Positions 36,101-51,100 of a stretch of DNA of 64,000 nt are shown here, in pieces. Origin of the DNA: Amphiscolops sp. MND2022 (Eukaryota). Position numbers and translations under genes: made by a program. The DNA is taken from contig OZ076413.1 in NCBI GenBank assembly GCA_964187785.1, positions 41,666,001 to 41,730,000 on the forward strand, read 5' to 3'. Every line of letters starts with the position of its first letter. Position 1 is the first letter of the stretch. The notes under the pieces were generated by a model that saw only the letters and a list, made by a program, of their open reading frames with translations, searched no databases and was not told the DNA's origin.

Positions 36101-39100
36101 CTTCAAAGGTTTACTCCATATCTAGTGAATTTACTTGCAGCTTTTTGAATCTTAATTATTTCACAAAAAAGGACGAAAAAGAATTTTACGTTTTCAAATA
36201 GATGTTCTGAACATTGTGCACAAAAACTTGTCTGCTATCTTTCCGAAACACTACCAGCAGCTACACCTTTCAATCCTGAGCCTATGGGATTTCTTAAGGA
36301 AGTAAATTTTCGGAAAAGTTCCAAAATTGTTACTTGGTTGTCGAAAATTGAGAAACTTCGGAAATTCAGACAACTCTGTTGTAAACTCGAAGAACTTCAT
36401 CGTGCTTTCTTTTTCAAATTCCGTTTTGAATATCTTATTGTTTCAACGTTCTGGTAAATGAAATTTCTATTCCACAAATTACTCGTGGTTTGAACAAAAA
36501 TTTGGATTGATTTGTCAAAAAACGTGCTTTTTGTCGTTTGTTTGATTTTGGGAAGTTTTTGAGGCCAATTCCAAACACATTGCAGTTAAATCTTCAAAAA
36601 TGCCTACTGGATACAGGGATACGTCACTACTGAGTTTTTTAAACCACTTTATACAAGGAAGTAGCTCAAAAGTTCAACAAAAAAGTGCATAAAATGTTTT
36701 AAGAATAGAGAAATCTCAGTTTTTGCATTATTTGGGTCATTCTTAGGAAACTTTCTGCCATAAAATATGCAAATTTCTCTCCACAAAACGTGCTCCGGAC
36801 CTAATTTCATTATCTTTAGCTTCTGGAAACTTTTATCTTTCTAATTTTCCAATGTCAAACGTTTCTAGTCTCAAATAAAAATTTTGAATTTTGCAGTCAA
36901 TTTTGACTATTTTCCAACGAGGTCTGCAAATTTTTCCTCGAAAGCCTACTGGATTATTAATTTCATCCTTGTTGAACGTTTGCCAACATTCTGACTCGAA
37001 AACGATTCGAAAAGTACATATAAGTTGCATAAAAACGTGAAGAAGTTGAACTTTCTCGATTTTTCGACTCATTTGGAGTCATTCTGGAGTGTTTTTGGAG
37101 CGAAACGCTGCAACGTACTCTTCAATTAATGTACTGCATAGCTTTCGTTTTTTTTCGTTTTGACTGTGTTAGAACTTATAACGAAAGCTCTCAGAAATTG
37201 TACAGAAATTGCATCAAAACAGCAAAAACTTTAAATTTCGCGACACTTTCTGAGTCAATTCGAGGCATTTTCTTTTACAAATTGTATTTATCTCTCAACG
37301 ATAGCTCACTGAAACGAGGATTCCTTACATTGTTTAAGGGGTTTCACCTTTCTAGTCCACGAAGTCCATCGATAATTTGACAAAAACTGCATAAAAACAT
37401 TGAAAATTTGAAAATTTTGGTTTTTTTGTCTATTTCAGATCCAAGTTAAGAAATTTTTTAACTTGAACACCGCAATTATCTCTTCATAAAACACTACTGC
37501 ACAACAAATTCTTCCTTTGATGACCGTTTTCAACAGTGCAATCAGCGAAGTCTGTCGAAATTTTGACAACAATTGCATAAAAATTGGAAAAGTTTTAGTT
37601 TGCTTTCAAATTCGGTGCTAATTTGAAATTTTTTCAACTTGAAAACCGCAACTATCTCTTCAAAAAAGACTACTGGACAACAAACTTGTTCCTTGTTGAC
37701 TCTTTTCAACGTTCCAATCTGCGAAGTCTGTCGAAAATTTGACAAAAATTGCATTAAAACTTTGAAAATTGGAAAATTTTTCGGTTTTTTGTTATTTCGG
37801 TTTCAATTTGACCTATTTTCCATTTGGAAAACAGCAATTATCCCTCCGGAAAAGACTACTGGACTACGAATTCCTGCCATGTTGGGCATTTCCAACATTC
37901 TAATCCACCAAGTCTGTCGAAAATTTGACAAAAATTGCATAAAAACGTTAAAAATCTAAAATTTTTGGGGTTATTTTCTTTTGAAAAACCGCATATATCT
38001 CTTCATAAAACACTACTGCACAACAAATTCTTCCTTTGATGACTGTTTTCAACAGTCCAATCTGCGAAGTCTGTCGAAATTTTGACAAACATGCATAAAA
38101 ACTATGAAAATTGGAAAATTTTGAGTTTGCTGTCAAATTCGGTGCCAATCGAATCTAAAGTTTTAGAATCTAAAAATCTAAAGTTTTTGTCATTTTTGGG
38201 GTTATTTTTCTTTTGAAAAACCGCTTTTATCTCTTCATAGAATACTATTGGACAACAAATTCGTGCCTTGTTGAACGTTTTCAACACTCTAATCCACGAT
38301 GTTTATCCAAAAAATGACCAAAATTGCATAAAAACGTTGAAAATTTCAAAAAAGTTCAAAAATCTCTACAAATACATATCGCACGAAGCTAAATTTACGT
38401 GAGTTAAATTCTATGGGTAACGCCCTTTAAGGTGAATATCAATTTCGTGCTTGGCAAATTTTGTAAAAAAAAACCGTTCGATTTAAATATTTTCCTTTCC
38501 CATATGAAATATCGGCGGAAAATAATAAATTTCATGCTTCATTTATGTTGTGCTGTAAATGAAAAATTTTGCAAATAATAGTCGTTCTATAAAATTATTT
38601 TTGCAGTACATTGGAGCCAAATTTGAGCAAAAGGGGAAAACAATGTATTTTGGGAAAAATCATGTCTCAAACACTTCTCGGTAAAAGAAAGCTATTTAAC
38701 AAGCCCTTCTACAGTGTTTTGTTCAATGTTAGGAAAACTGAATTATCTTCTATTACAGGTTCTGTTGGTGAAATTCAGGTGTTCAAGATCGAAGCAGACT
38801 CTTGGGTAGATAACAGCAAAAAGCCTTCTACGCCTGTGAATTCCACCACTGATCCTATCATAGATTCAACAGATTCTATTGAAAAGCTTGAGGAAATTAT
38901 AGTCCAGAAACATCGGAAGACAGACAGCAACTCGCCTGATTTCAATGTAAGACTTTGCATTGACTCTTGACTCGGATAGACCTTTCTAAGAAGAGACTTG
39001 AAAATTATCTCTTAAATCGAGTTGGTTTCAAGACATCTTGGAATATTAGTATCCTCATTTCGGATCAAAGTTGAAGTTTCTCCTATTCTGCCCTGATTTC

Positions 39101-42100
39101 AATCTCCTCTTATTTCAATATGGCCGCTAGCATCAAAACTATAAAACTTGACTTATCAAGTTTCTGGCTATTTTCCTCCGAATTTTCCTGAATAAGGTCA
39201 AAGTTGTTTTGCAGCTCATGGCTCTTGACTTGGAAAGAATAGTGATGGCACAATTGAACTCAAAATCAGTGGCGGCTGACAAAAAGAATTCTTTCTTCAC
39301 CAGCACTTCAGACGCAGCTGTAGAAGTTGTCATCCCCAAAATGACCCTCAAGTTGGGCGGGCATGAACTTTACTCCTCGTATAAAATGACCTGTTTTTGA
39401 CTCTGAGGAAAAAATCCGATATTCGATATGAAACTGCAAATGTTTTAATGATTTTGGTTCATTAATGTGAAAGTATTATTCAGCTGGAGGTGAAAACAAA
39501 ATAGTATTCCACAGTTTCAATCAAGAGTCTTCAAGAAAAGTCTCGATTAAAAATATTCAAATTCAAAGTCATTCGCATCAAACTGATGTTCCCGTTCGCT
39601 GTTCACATAACTTTACAACGTCTTTATCAAAACTCTCAGGTCAGTCGAGAAAAACTTTTCACATGGGAAAATCAATTTTTGGGGGACTCAATAAGAGAGG
39701 GGTATTGTCTGAGCCTTAAAATTATCTGACCCCCCTCTCTTATTGAGTCCCCCAAAAATTGATTTTCCCATGTGAAAAGTTTTTCTCGACTGACCTGAGA
39801 GTTTTGATAAAGACGTTGTAAAGTTATGTGAACAGCGAACGGGAACATCAGTTTGATGCGAATGACTTTGAATTTGAATATTTTTAATCGAGACTTTTCA
39901 AGCCCTCTTTTCACTGGCTACTTAATTTGAGTTCACCACCCATTCAAGGGATTGCATAGTTTTAATACCAAAAGTCAAGGAATATATATTTTTTTCATTT
40001 TCTGCTCCGAAATTAAAATTAGTTTGGTAATCTTTTTACTCGTGGTTCATAAGTTGTCCATGCTAACCCTTAGATCATCGTTTTGTGAAGCCACAAAGGA
40101 TTTTTCGCGGGAGAGATTTGGACCTAGCTACTTCCCTCTGGGCAGAACAGTTATGATCACGTGGTCAGCGCAGTTTGAAGGAGATCAGTTGAAGTTTCAT
40201 GGAGTCAAACTTCCAGCTCTCGTCATAAAATACTTGTACTTCAAGCCCTTGAAACCCAAACGCGTTCAGATGCAGTTTCTGCCCAGATATTCCGAGGGTT
40301 AGAATCGTTTTATGTGATAATCAAGCTGCTGCTTTTGCTCATGGTTGCTTAGTGAATACTTGTTGATCAGCTTTGAGAGCTTGTCGTTGGTTGCTGCGTC
40401 TCGAAAGAACCATTTGTTTGATAAAGACCATTATCATCAAAAATTTCATGGTCTGACCTTTTATAGTTGTTACTTGGAAAATTAGCTTTTGTATGAAATA
40501 ATGAGCTTTTGCGCCACTTTGATGTATTCTAAGCGCTTCACTGACCTCTGAGCTCATGCAATGTTTTGAAAATAATAATCATCGATACTTTGTTGTAGAT
40601 GAAAAACTTGTAATGGAGGTTTATAACGTGCAAGTGTTTCTTCAGAAACATTCTTCAAAGTTTCTGTTTGAAACGGTCACAACTCGAAAGATCAGAGTGT
40701 CATGTAAGGTCCTATATATGTAAAATCTCACTACTTAGCCCTCGCCAAATTTCTTCTATATCAAGACTTGATTCTAGGTGGCGTGGGAGGAGGCAAAGAT
40801 GACTTATTTCAATCTTTGTGTCGCAAATCGCCTGAGGAAGCAAACAAGCGAATGGAAAAGCTTTTCATACTGATAGCCTCACCTCGTAGTGGCACTTGTG
40901 TTGACCTTACTGGTAACGTATCCATAGTAACCCAATTCCCATTCGCGGGTGAATGCATTGGCATGTGCGGCGACGAAAACTTCATCTACGTTGTTTACCA
41001 AAACTACATCGAAGTTTACACCAGCAAACTTTTCAAACCAAACACAGCTATGACGAGTTTCAACCAGCTGATGGGGTCTTCATCGCCTGTTCCTCAGTTT
41101 TTAGTTGACCTTTGGGTCAAGCAGCCCATCTTTATGTGTGGAAGACAGAATTTTTACTCACTCACTAGAATGGAGAGGTCTAAAATTGTGAATGACTCAT
41201 TCCTCTTGCAAAGTGTCTTCTCCATGTCAAAATTTGAAGGCTCTGCGGACGTCAAGGCCATCAGCACAGTCTACTCTTTGTGCAAGGAGAGTATTGCGGA
41301 GTGTTGTGAAAGCATGCTAGTGCAAGCTGATAATTTGAAGGTTAGGAAAATGTTCAAACTAGAATAATCCAATTTGATTGGCTGGTCATTGAAAAGTTAT
41401 TTTTGATAGAGCTCTTCGTTGATTTTTGTGTGAAATTACACTACTGATTGAGGTGCCTGAGCAAATTTGCAGCGGTCATACTTTTTAGTCCGTGGCTAAA
41501 AGCCTGTACCTCTCAGTGCTTCTGGAAGTGTGGATCTTCCTGTACAACAACTACAAAGAAGACTGCAAAGACATGTTCAAATCGGTCTCCACCAAACTCT
41601 TGCGATGTGTCGCCCTCACCAACGCAGTGAGCGAACTCTCCATGCAGACGGCCGCCAACGTCAACCGTAACTCGTACTTTTCTTCCGAAATGGGAGTCAC
41701 ACTCAATACACCCATTGTTGAGGTGCCAACTGAGGTCTTGCAGTTTCTGCTGCAGAACAGTGACATCACAGCCTTGCAGTTCTTCAATGAGTTGTGTCGA
41801 TGTGCCGAAACATTGCAGGTCGGTGAAAATGAACTAGAATGCTGGGAAAATATGTTGAAATTTCCACTAAGAGTCGCTGCGTTTATATTTAAAGATGTAG
41901 TCCAACCAAAAGTAGGTGCCCAGTAAGAACGGGGTGTTAAAATTTTCTCTTGTAGCTTGCAATTTCATACGTATTTTCACTACCAATTGGGAAATGTCTT
42001 CTGATATTTCTCACTGTTATACATATTACCTGGAAATCTTTATGAAATCATGCACAAACTTATTTCTAGATTTAGGAAAATCAATAGTAGGTGCATGAGT

Positions 42101-45100
42101 GTTGCCAATTTTAGTAGGTGCAATCCTGTTGCCAATTTTAGGGCTCAGACAGTACGAGGGGGTTGATTGTTGATAGGAACTACAGAATGCCAAGTTAACG
42201 GTAGTCACTCTTTTTCATGTTTCAGAGTTACTCGGTAAACGCTTCTTCTTTAAATCTCATTATGAGTAGTCCAGAATGGATTGAGTTGCTACTCGGCCGG
42301 GTGAAAGAAAGTCCCAAAATCCTCAAAGACCTGCTAAACATGGCACAAGGATGCAACCCGCAGGTGATCACCAAACTTCTCTACAGTTCTAACCTGCGTC
42401 TGTTCAAGTTCCTGTCCAAACTGGAAATAGTGGACCACTACAACTCTCTGCATTACTGCTCGGGTTATGTTTTCAGCTCTTTAGACAAACTGGGAAAGGC
42501 GTCCGCCCTGTCTGCCCTTGGATCTGTAGATGAGCTGTCACAAACTTTGACCACCATCAAAGTTGAGGAACTCATGAGTGTTGTTTCTGAAAATGCGCCG
42601 CTCATTTTCGAGGAAAATTCGTCTTCCAATCTCGAATCTTCGTTCACTTCGAATTCTGTGACTGAAAATTGCGATAATGTTCAGTACTCAACCCACAAAA
42701 TGACGCGGTTGGCCAACTACTTGTTCAAATTGCATCCTTATTTCTTCTCTTCGGCTCTGATTGCTCTTATCTCTGCCGGAAATTTGTCGATTGAAGACGC
42801 AATCTGTTTCTGCACCGGAAGTCGATCCGACGAGCTCCAATCTTTATTCAAAGGATTTAGCATTCTCAAAAACAATGCCTTCAAATTTCTACTGGAAACG
42901 CTAATCCAGGGCAAAGGTCAAACTATCAGGACAACCGAGGACTTGGAAATAGTGGTAGACTGTCTTTTCAAATTGTATATACTAGAAGATTCTAGCTCTG
43001 TCTCGAACCTCAACCGAAGTGCCAGTAAAGATAGTCGAAAGATAAAAATTGAGAGTTCTGCTTATCCGCAAGCATTGCAGCTGACGCAGTCCAATAAGAG
43101 CTTCATGTATGACCCCAACTTTGATTGGCTGAGACTTTTGACTCCTTTCAAAGGGTTCACTGAAGAACTGGCCTGCTGCGTTCCAGGTTAATTTTGATCA
43201 TGCTTCATTGATGTCAACTTGAGTTTTTGATCATAACTTCATATAAGGGCCAAAAACCGAAGCTGCAGAGTGAATTTCAAAATTTTTGTCCTGGTTTTTT
43301 TTGTCCTTCGAAACAGATTAGTGACAAGGTTTACTTGTCTTCCATAAAAGTGAATATACACTAGGGTACCAAAAAGCTCACTCGACTTCGCTGATAAAAA
43401 TTCAGATCGCTTTAAATTTGTACATATCGATTGACACAAAAGTCCCAGGCGCAAAACTCAAATTTTAAGATGTTTTTTAGTTGGCGCTTTTAGATAAAGT
43501 GTCCGACTATTGTAGTGACTGGGTTTTTTGGAGGCTCACACTGAAATGGACACTTTTTTATTGTGTCTGTTCAACTAAACGAAACGCATCTAAATCGGTG
43601 CAAAGGGTTCCCTCTCATTTTCTTTTTTTAACGTAAAATCCAAAACTGGACGAGACTGAACGGTCCCCCTTTCGATTTTTTTTCGGCACTGAGAGATTTT
43701 TTTTCGAAAATTTTTTAATGTCTCCACAAAGATTCCTCCGTTCATTTTTTGCCCAGTTAAAAAAGTCCAAATGATAAGCTGCAGAAGGTATAAACACTTA
43801 GCCTATTTTCGAAATTTATCATGCATTAACTCGAAAACCGTTGTCCGTATCAAACACGTCGAGAACGGCCAAAGTCGGCGCTATATCTAAGGCTCAAAAT
43901 TGTAAAAGGGGGGACCCTTCGGGCTTTGTGAAACTCCAGCTGGTTGCAAAATATGAAAAAAAATTGGGGGGGAGCCCTTTGGGGACTTGAAAAAATTTCC
44001 CAAAAAAGTTTTTTAAAATTAGATTTTTATTATTTCTGCTTTAGCAGGAAAATTATTGAAATCTGGAAACGTTTACTTTTTTCAGAACAATTTTTTGGAC
44101 GATCTGAATAATTCAGATATTTTGTTCGGCAGTGAGTGTAAGCGAGAGAGCAATTCAATTCTAGTGCGATGGAACGAGCGAGTGGTAATTATCCATTCGT
44201 ATGCTGACGTCATTGAGATGAAGCGAGCGAATGTTCGTAATTGTGCTTTCGTTGCCCCGAGTTATTGAGATGAAGCGAGAGAGTGTTAATTATTCGTTCG
44301 TTGAGAGCTTCGCCTGCATTCAAATGCGAATGCGAAACTTCGTCTACGCTTAGTAGTTATATTTTCTTTAGTCCGAGAAGAATTAAAGGCGGTGTTAACT
44401 TGTACAGTGACTATTTGTGCTCTAAGTAATGATTAAACAGGAGTGTATTGGTATTCCAGATATGATTCTTTTATTAATGATTTTTTTGTTTCAAAAAATA
44501 AAGATTAAAGCAGAAATAGTACTGAGCCCCGGATTGGCCTATTTTTGAACAGTGTCACAGTGCCGAAAAATGTAAAAGGGGGACCCTTTGGGATTTTTTG
44601 ACATCCATTGTGTTGCAAAATGTTGAAAAAATGAAGGGGGACCCTTTGGTGCAATCCAAAAAGTTTCAAAAAAAGTCGCATAGTGCCGAAAAAAGTGGGG
44701 CTATGGGGGATCCTTAGTGTGATTTCGAGGTTCTGGACGTCTGTTTTGTTTCTTCTTTTCGTTTTGGACGCTCTTTTCAGGTTGGAGTTGTTGAGGTTTG
44801 ACGTTGTTGAACAAATGAACAAAAAAGTGGACCTTACGCGTCTAGAAAAACTACCCACTGTAAGAGTCGGGCACTTTTTCTACTAAAATGCGCCGACAAA
44901 AAAATGCCCAATACAAATTTTGTACCGTTCATTCAGATCTCTAATTTTTGAATTTACCTAGCCTCTAAATGAAATTTTGTAACTTCGACGGAGTTACAAC
45001 AATCTTTGGCTTGTTCGTTTTCAAGAACGCATTCTCAGAAAAAAACGGCGCCATATCTAAGGCTCAAAAATAGCAAAAGGACTTCAAAATGTCAAAGTAT

Positions 45101-48100
45101 TGTTGAACTGGGGACCCTTTTATGAAAAAAACAAAAAGTCTCACAATGCCGAAAAAAACTGAAAGGGGATCCTTTGGTCTCGTCCGGTATTGTATGTTAC
45201 GCGGGAAACCTTTTTGGTTCAACTCCTTGGGCCAACGGGTACAATTTGGCGTCTTCTTAAAATTTTGTAGAACTTCTGGGGTAGTACTATTTTGATCACT
45301 TCAAGGTGTATCGAAAAAAAAATAATTTAAAAAATTTTAAAAAACACTGACGAAAATCCATGACGGTCGTCGACTCTTTCCTCTAGAAAAGCGCCGACTA
45401 AAAATTGAATATAAAGTTAAAGAACGGTGGCTACAAAATTTCAAGATTTTCTTGTATATTTTGAGATATTGCGTAACAAAGCTAAAAAAATCCAGAATTG
45501 TTCAAAATACCATGAGATAACTTCTAAAAATTTCATCCAATTTCAAAACAAAACATCGAATTGATTTTGATTAAAATCTGAAAAGCGTTTGCTCATGTGA
45601 CTTTTTGTCGAAAAAAAATACACTTCGAAAGTTTCACCAACAGATTCTCTGAGGTCTCATGCATGAAACGATATGGTTGCTAACATGGAACTGCGTGGAA
45701 CTCATGTATTCATTTTCACTTGCAAATATGTGACTTCATTTATAGTCAACAGTCGCGATCAGTGTCGAAAATAAGATGATTCTAAGCCTACAAGTTGCCT
45801 TTTTCAGAAAAAGAAACATCTCTGGGTCTCCGACGCCGACGAAACTTCAACCCTAACATGAAGCAGTCCTGTGACTCCATTCCCTGCCCCTGTGTTCTAT
45901 GCCGCAAGTTTCTCATTGGTGTTCAGAACCTTCTGGTTACTTTTGGGTCTCAAGTATCCCCCAAAGTTGTTTCCAGACTATGCAATTGGCTCAGTGACTT
46001 CTGTCGCTCTGTGGATGAATCAAAGAAAGCGTTCTTTCCAAACTATTTCGAGGGAATCTTTCTGCTATTGGAACTGCAGACAAATTTTTTGAAAGCCGTT
46101 TCAAACTCGCTCAAAAGATATGACTCTTCGATCATGTGCGCGCTGCTGAAAGCTGTCTTGGGTGTTATATCCTGTGAAGAATGCATTCGTCTATATCGAG
46201 CTGTGTCTCAGAGCAACGAGTTGTATCTTGAAGTTGAGTTAGTCATTTTGAAAAGCATTTGCCCGAAAATGAAGTTCCGAGAAATGCTGAAAATGATTCC
46301 AGCCAATAGAGCTGTGGAGTCGTACACAGAAATATTGGCCAGTTGCAGTGATGTGTCGAAATCAAGAAGAGACACTTTGAGATATAGAAGTTCTACTTTG
46401 ACAGCTGCTGATAAGAAGCCTATACAGCAAGCTAGTTAATGATCGATTGATTGAAAAAGAACGTCTCCAAAAGTTATAAACAATAAACAGCATTGCTGTC
46501 CAATTACAATCAAATACAGTTGAAGGAAATGAATCACCAGTATCATGCTTATAGTTTAAAATCAATATCTGTATCAATAATCCAATCATCTCAAACCACA
46601 GAGATCTAACTTAGGTTCTATATAACTTCGTAGTTTTTCAGCGCCTTTTGCATCAAAGAGAGCTTATATGTAGCATTGTTTTGAACCAATTTCTCTTGAA
46701 ATGAATTTTTTGATGTTCCAAGTTTGGAATTGATGAGGTCATGAATGCGAGATGCCATTAGTGAAACATGTACGTTCAAATTTTAAAATGTTATTCTCCG
46801 CTTGGGACAGAAAATGTATGGCATATTTGGCTTATTGAGAATTGTTAGCTCAAAAAAGGGTTGTTTGCCCTTACCTGTCTGAAATAACTCTCTGGCACTC
46901 GTGCTTCCACAGTCCAATCAAGGTGCTTTCTGCGGTGACAACCTCACTGACGGTGTTGATCATTCCTTGCCAGATCCTGGAGAGATCTCTCAGGTTGAAG
47001 ACGTAATGGAATTTGGCAGGTGTCGGCAACATCACTTTCTTCACTTTTTGCCACACGATAGTTGTCAGTGGAACCAGTTTATCTACTAGCTCTATGATAT
47101 CTCTTCTGAATCCTCGCTCTCTGCAGTAATGACCGCAGCCTATTTTCCTGAAGATCATCTCGATGGATGACTCGGAAGGTAAAGTGCAGTTGAAGATACA
47201 GAACTGCCGTTTCAGTCTCATTGGAATATCATTTCTTCCACCACCGGGGTGAATCATTGCCGCTATGAACTGTAAGTCCACAATTGTCGTGAAGTCTCCG
47301 GGCTTGTCGAGATTGTAAAACCCATTCATTTCCATGGTTTGTCGCACTATTTCATTGGTGACTTGGTCTCCCCATTCATTGATGATCGGCATGTTGATGT
47401 CATCTACGAACACTGTCATCTTTTTGCCCGCTGGAGGTCCAAATGTGCTGCCCATGCGTTTGTCAATGTAGCTCTCAATCGTGCGTTGGAACATGTAAGG
47501 TGTAGTCGCGCTCGAGAAGTTCAAACTTTTAGTCACGTGTTTTTCCATATCGTTTTTCAACATGTTGCCCTTGATCATGACAGTTTTCGCTGTTCCCTGT
47601 TCACCGATGAGCAGAACCGGTTTTTGCTGCTTCCCAATTGTTGAAATCAATGCGTCAGTTCGAACGTTATCAACGTTGGGAACCAGAATTGAGTTGAAGT
47701 CTGGAGTATGATCTGAAGGGTAAATGTACTCCTCCACTTGAATTCTCCAGTGTTTCCACTCGCCTTCCACTGTTACGTAATAATCGTACATCGTGTCACT
47801 TGGGGCGTTTTCTACAACTGGCATGTTCATTGCAGTTGGGATATCTTTGCTTGTTCTCATGAACTCTTCAAGCTTTCTTCTGTCATCCCACTCCAAGAAT
47901 GCACCAATACTCCACATGATGCAATAGGAATACAGCGCATCCAGGAACTTTTTACCTGCTGTGGGTGCGTCTCGTTCTTCTCGGACTGGTATCAAACCAT
48001 CCATCAGTCGTATCATCTGTGTCACTATCATGCATTCCAATACTCGCATTTTATACACCAAGTTCTGAACACTGTAGTCGTAAATGACTTGGAACGAGTT

Positions 48101-51100
48101 TGCAAACAAGGACTTTATGATGTCACCCTCTTCTCGTTTTCGGTCACGCAGCCAACCAGAGATGATGGGGCTCCAGTTCAGCACTGAGCTGGACATGAAC
48201 ACCATGCCGTTTCTAGAGACAGTTGCAGGGGAAGCGTTGTCAATGTTGTCTGGTTCGAAAATGATCTTGCAATTGGTGGCCATCGGGATTCGATCTCCGT
48301 TAGCCAGTGTCAGCGTTTTGTTGTCGTCCAGTACTGAGTTCAAATTCTGAAATTGGTATGAAACACGTTTCGAAATTGAAAATTTTAACATTTAAATGCG
48401 ACTAACTTCTGTACAGAATAGTTGGCGTGTTTTCTGGAAACTTTTTCTGTTTCCTTCGGAAAATTGTTTGATGTTTTTTAACCTAGTTTCAAGAAACGCC
48501 TAGCTGAAAACTCAAATCCTGATCAATAAATTCTTCTGCGGTTTTCAATTGTTTGAAAGAATGGCTAACCTCAATCCAAATGGCATCCACTGGGCCATCC
48601 AGAACCAGCCAGATGTGCTCGTTTTCCCTTGCTTTGTGCGTTTTACGCCACAGCGTGGAAAATATACCGTCTGTCCAATCATTAGTCGCCACATCGAGTC
48701 TTCCAAACATCTGAGGTGCAGTGATCGCTTTCGGGTTCATCCTCATTTCCTTGTGAGGAATTCCTTGTTCAGTGAAAGATTTCAGCAGAGTGTTAATGCA
48801 CGTTGTTTTTCCTGCGCCTGTGGGGCCCAAAGTCATGATACCCCATCGCACTCTTTGGGTCTCGAAGAGCTGGATGATTTTCAGGTTCCAGTCTTTATGG
48901 TTTACCAAGTTTCCGGCATTGTTTACAATTTGGTCAATTGTGCGTTCTAAGTCTGGATATCCTTTCTTATCCAGCATCATGCCAGGGAAAAGATCGTCAA
49001 TCAGTGACTGGAACAGGCCTTCATCTTCATCAATCAGTTTGGAAAGATTCATGTCTCTCAACACTCGCATTACAGTTTTGTTCTCAGGGTCTGTCGGGCT
49101 CTTCCGTTTTTCGGATCCCAAAGTTCTCAGAACCGACAAGATGTTACGTAATCCAAAATCGTAATGCACCTGTTTGGACAATTGCTCTTCGCACAGTTTG
49201 TACAAAGTGTAGAATTTCCCTGATAGGTCAATGTTTTCTAGGAAACCACAACTGGCGAGTTTCACGCGAATGATGATAGCTCTGTCGGGAACCATCATGG
49301 CCACTGTTCGGAACATGATCTTCAAGTTTTCGGGCAGTTCTTGACGGCCAGCGTAGCCAGGATTCTGTTAATAAAGATTGGCACTAATAGAAATGAAAAA
49401 CGTATCAAAGATTTTGATGCGTATAAACTTTTGATTTGCATAAGTCATGTATCATGAAACAAATCCTTGCTTCATAAATATCTTCAATAATTCTGATAAT
49501 GATACCGAAAAATCTTTTGCACATGACGAAGTCAATGTGCATTGCAGTCCAGCTAAGAAAGTTTTTTTTCCACAATAGCCAACTTCATAATAAGCGCCTT
49601 TTATTGCACATGACGAAGTCACTGTGCATTGCAGTCCAGCTAAGAAAGTTTTTTTTTCCACAATAGCCAACTTCATAATAAGCGCCTTTTAGAGAAAAGC
49701 CAAAACCCCAGAGAGATTCGAACCTGCAGCCTCCCGATTGCGCGGCATAAGTGTTAACCACTGTGCCATAAGGACGTTATTGAATAAAGTTGAACTGTTG
49801 AATATATACGCATGCGATTAAAATAATATATATACGCATATTAAAATAATCGTTGTCTTCGTCATGTGTTGCGAAGCACCGCTTCGCCTCTGTGTTAAAA
49901 TTTTCTTTCAAAATTATCAAATCACCAACCATGGTCAAGAAAATTCCAAACTCGGGATTCATGTCCACAGTATCTCCATCGGAGAAGATAAATTGCTTCT
50001 TCTTTTCCTTCTTGCAGTTCAGTACAATTGCAATCTGCTGAGCAGCTACAGATAACACAGGGAGCTCAATTCTGTTGAACTCGTCGAAACATCCCCAAGA
50101 TCCGGATTGTGCCAATCCTTTGTAGATTCTGCCCAGACCGCGGAAGTCCATTTGATCTGAACAGTTGAACACGACCACGTACTTGCCCAGACATCTGCCC
50201 ATGTCCTTTGTCGTCTCTGTTTTTCCTGTACCTGCAGGACCCGCGGGTGCTCCTCCCATTGACATGCCCAGGGCTTGCGCCAGAGTAATGTAGCATCTAA
50301 AGTCAAAGAATTGTATGTTGTTTTTCCATGGAATCGAAATTCGCGACGTGCAATGTTTAAAGTGAATCCTCTTTTTGGGTCCGACTATATCTACATAACC
50401 GAGTTGCAGTCATTCCACCAGCGATGTTAAAAAAGCTGATTTTTTAAGATCGGAAAACGTAAAAAGATAGCTGATGGAATGAGTGATTCTCGGTTATTTA
50501 GAAATAGACAGACCCAAAATAGGATAGATCACGGGAGAGCCCTAAGTAATAGAACATGCTATGAAACGCTCCAGTTTCCTTACTGATTCACGATGTTACG
50601 TCAATTAAACTGACCTGTCGGTTAGAGGGGTGATGACGAGTCGTTCTGTGCAGCCGACGAACTCGTTCTGATACAGGAACATGACGTCAGTGATCCTGAT
50701 CTCCAGCTTGTCTATGTCCTCCACGAAGTAGAAACGACATTGCTTCAGCCACTCGAAGTCTGTCGGCGACCGGATTCGTTTTTGCACCTAACATACAGCA
50801 ATCCAATATTAATAGTGATCGTGAGTTTGATTCATCGTCAACTCCATCAAATTAAAACTTGCTAAATATTTTTCTTAATCTGGTTGTTTCTTTTATAATT
50901 ATTGATCATTGCTTTCTGAGCCATTTAGCATCATCCACCTGTTCCTTAAAAGCCTGCAAGAGAATCTAAGTGTGATTGATTTTCATGTTCCTAAATTCCG
51001 AAGAGATTTTCACTTTCTGTTCAAGGTAATATTCAAAGCTACAATACCAACAGCTATGAATTGACAAAATAAATTGGAGTCGTTGTACTGTGGAATGTAT

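Noticed and set aside
47339..49273. Plus-strand ORFs overlapping dynein exons
   Set aside because: Antisense shadows of coding sequence.
49700..49775. Functional tRNA gene
   Set aside because: A and B boxes are present but the acceptor and anticodon stems do not pair properly; treated as a tRNA-derived repeat. The same applies to the cassettes near 34530, 56585 and 57020.
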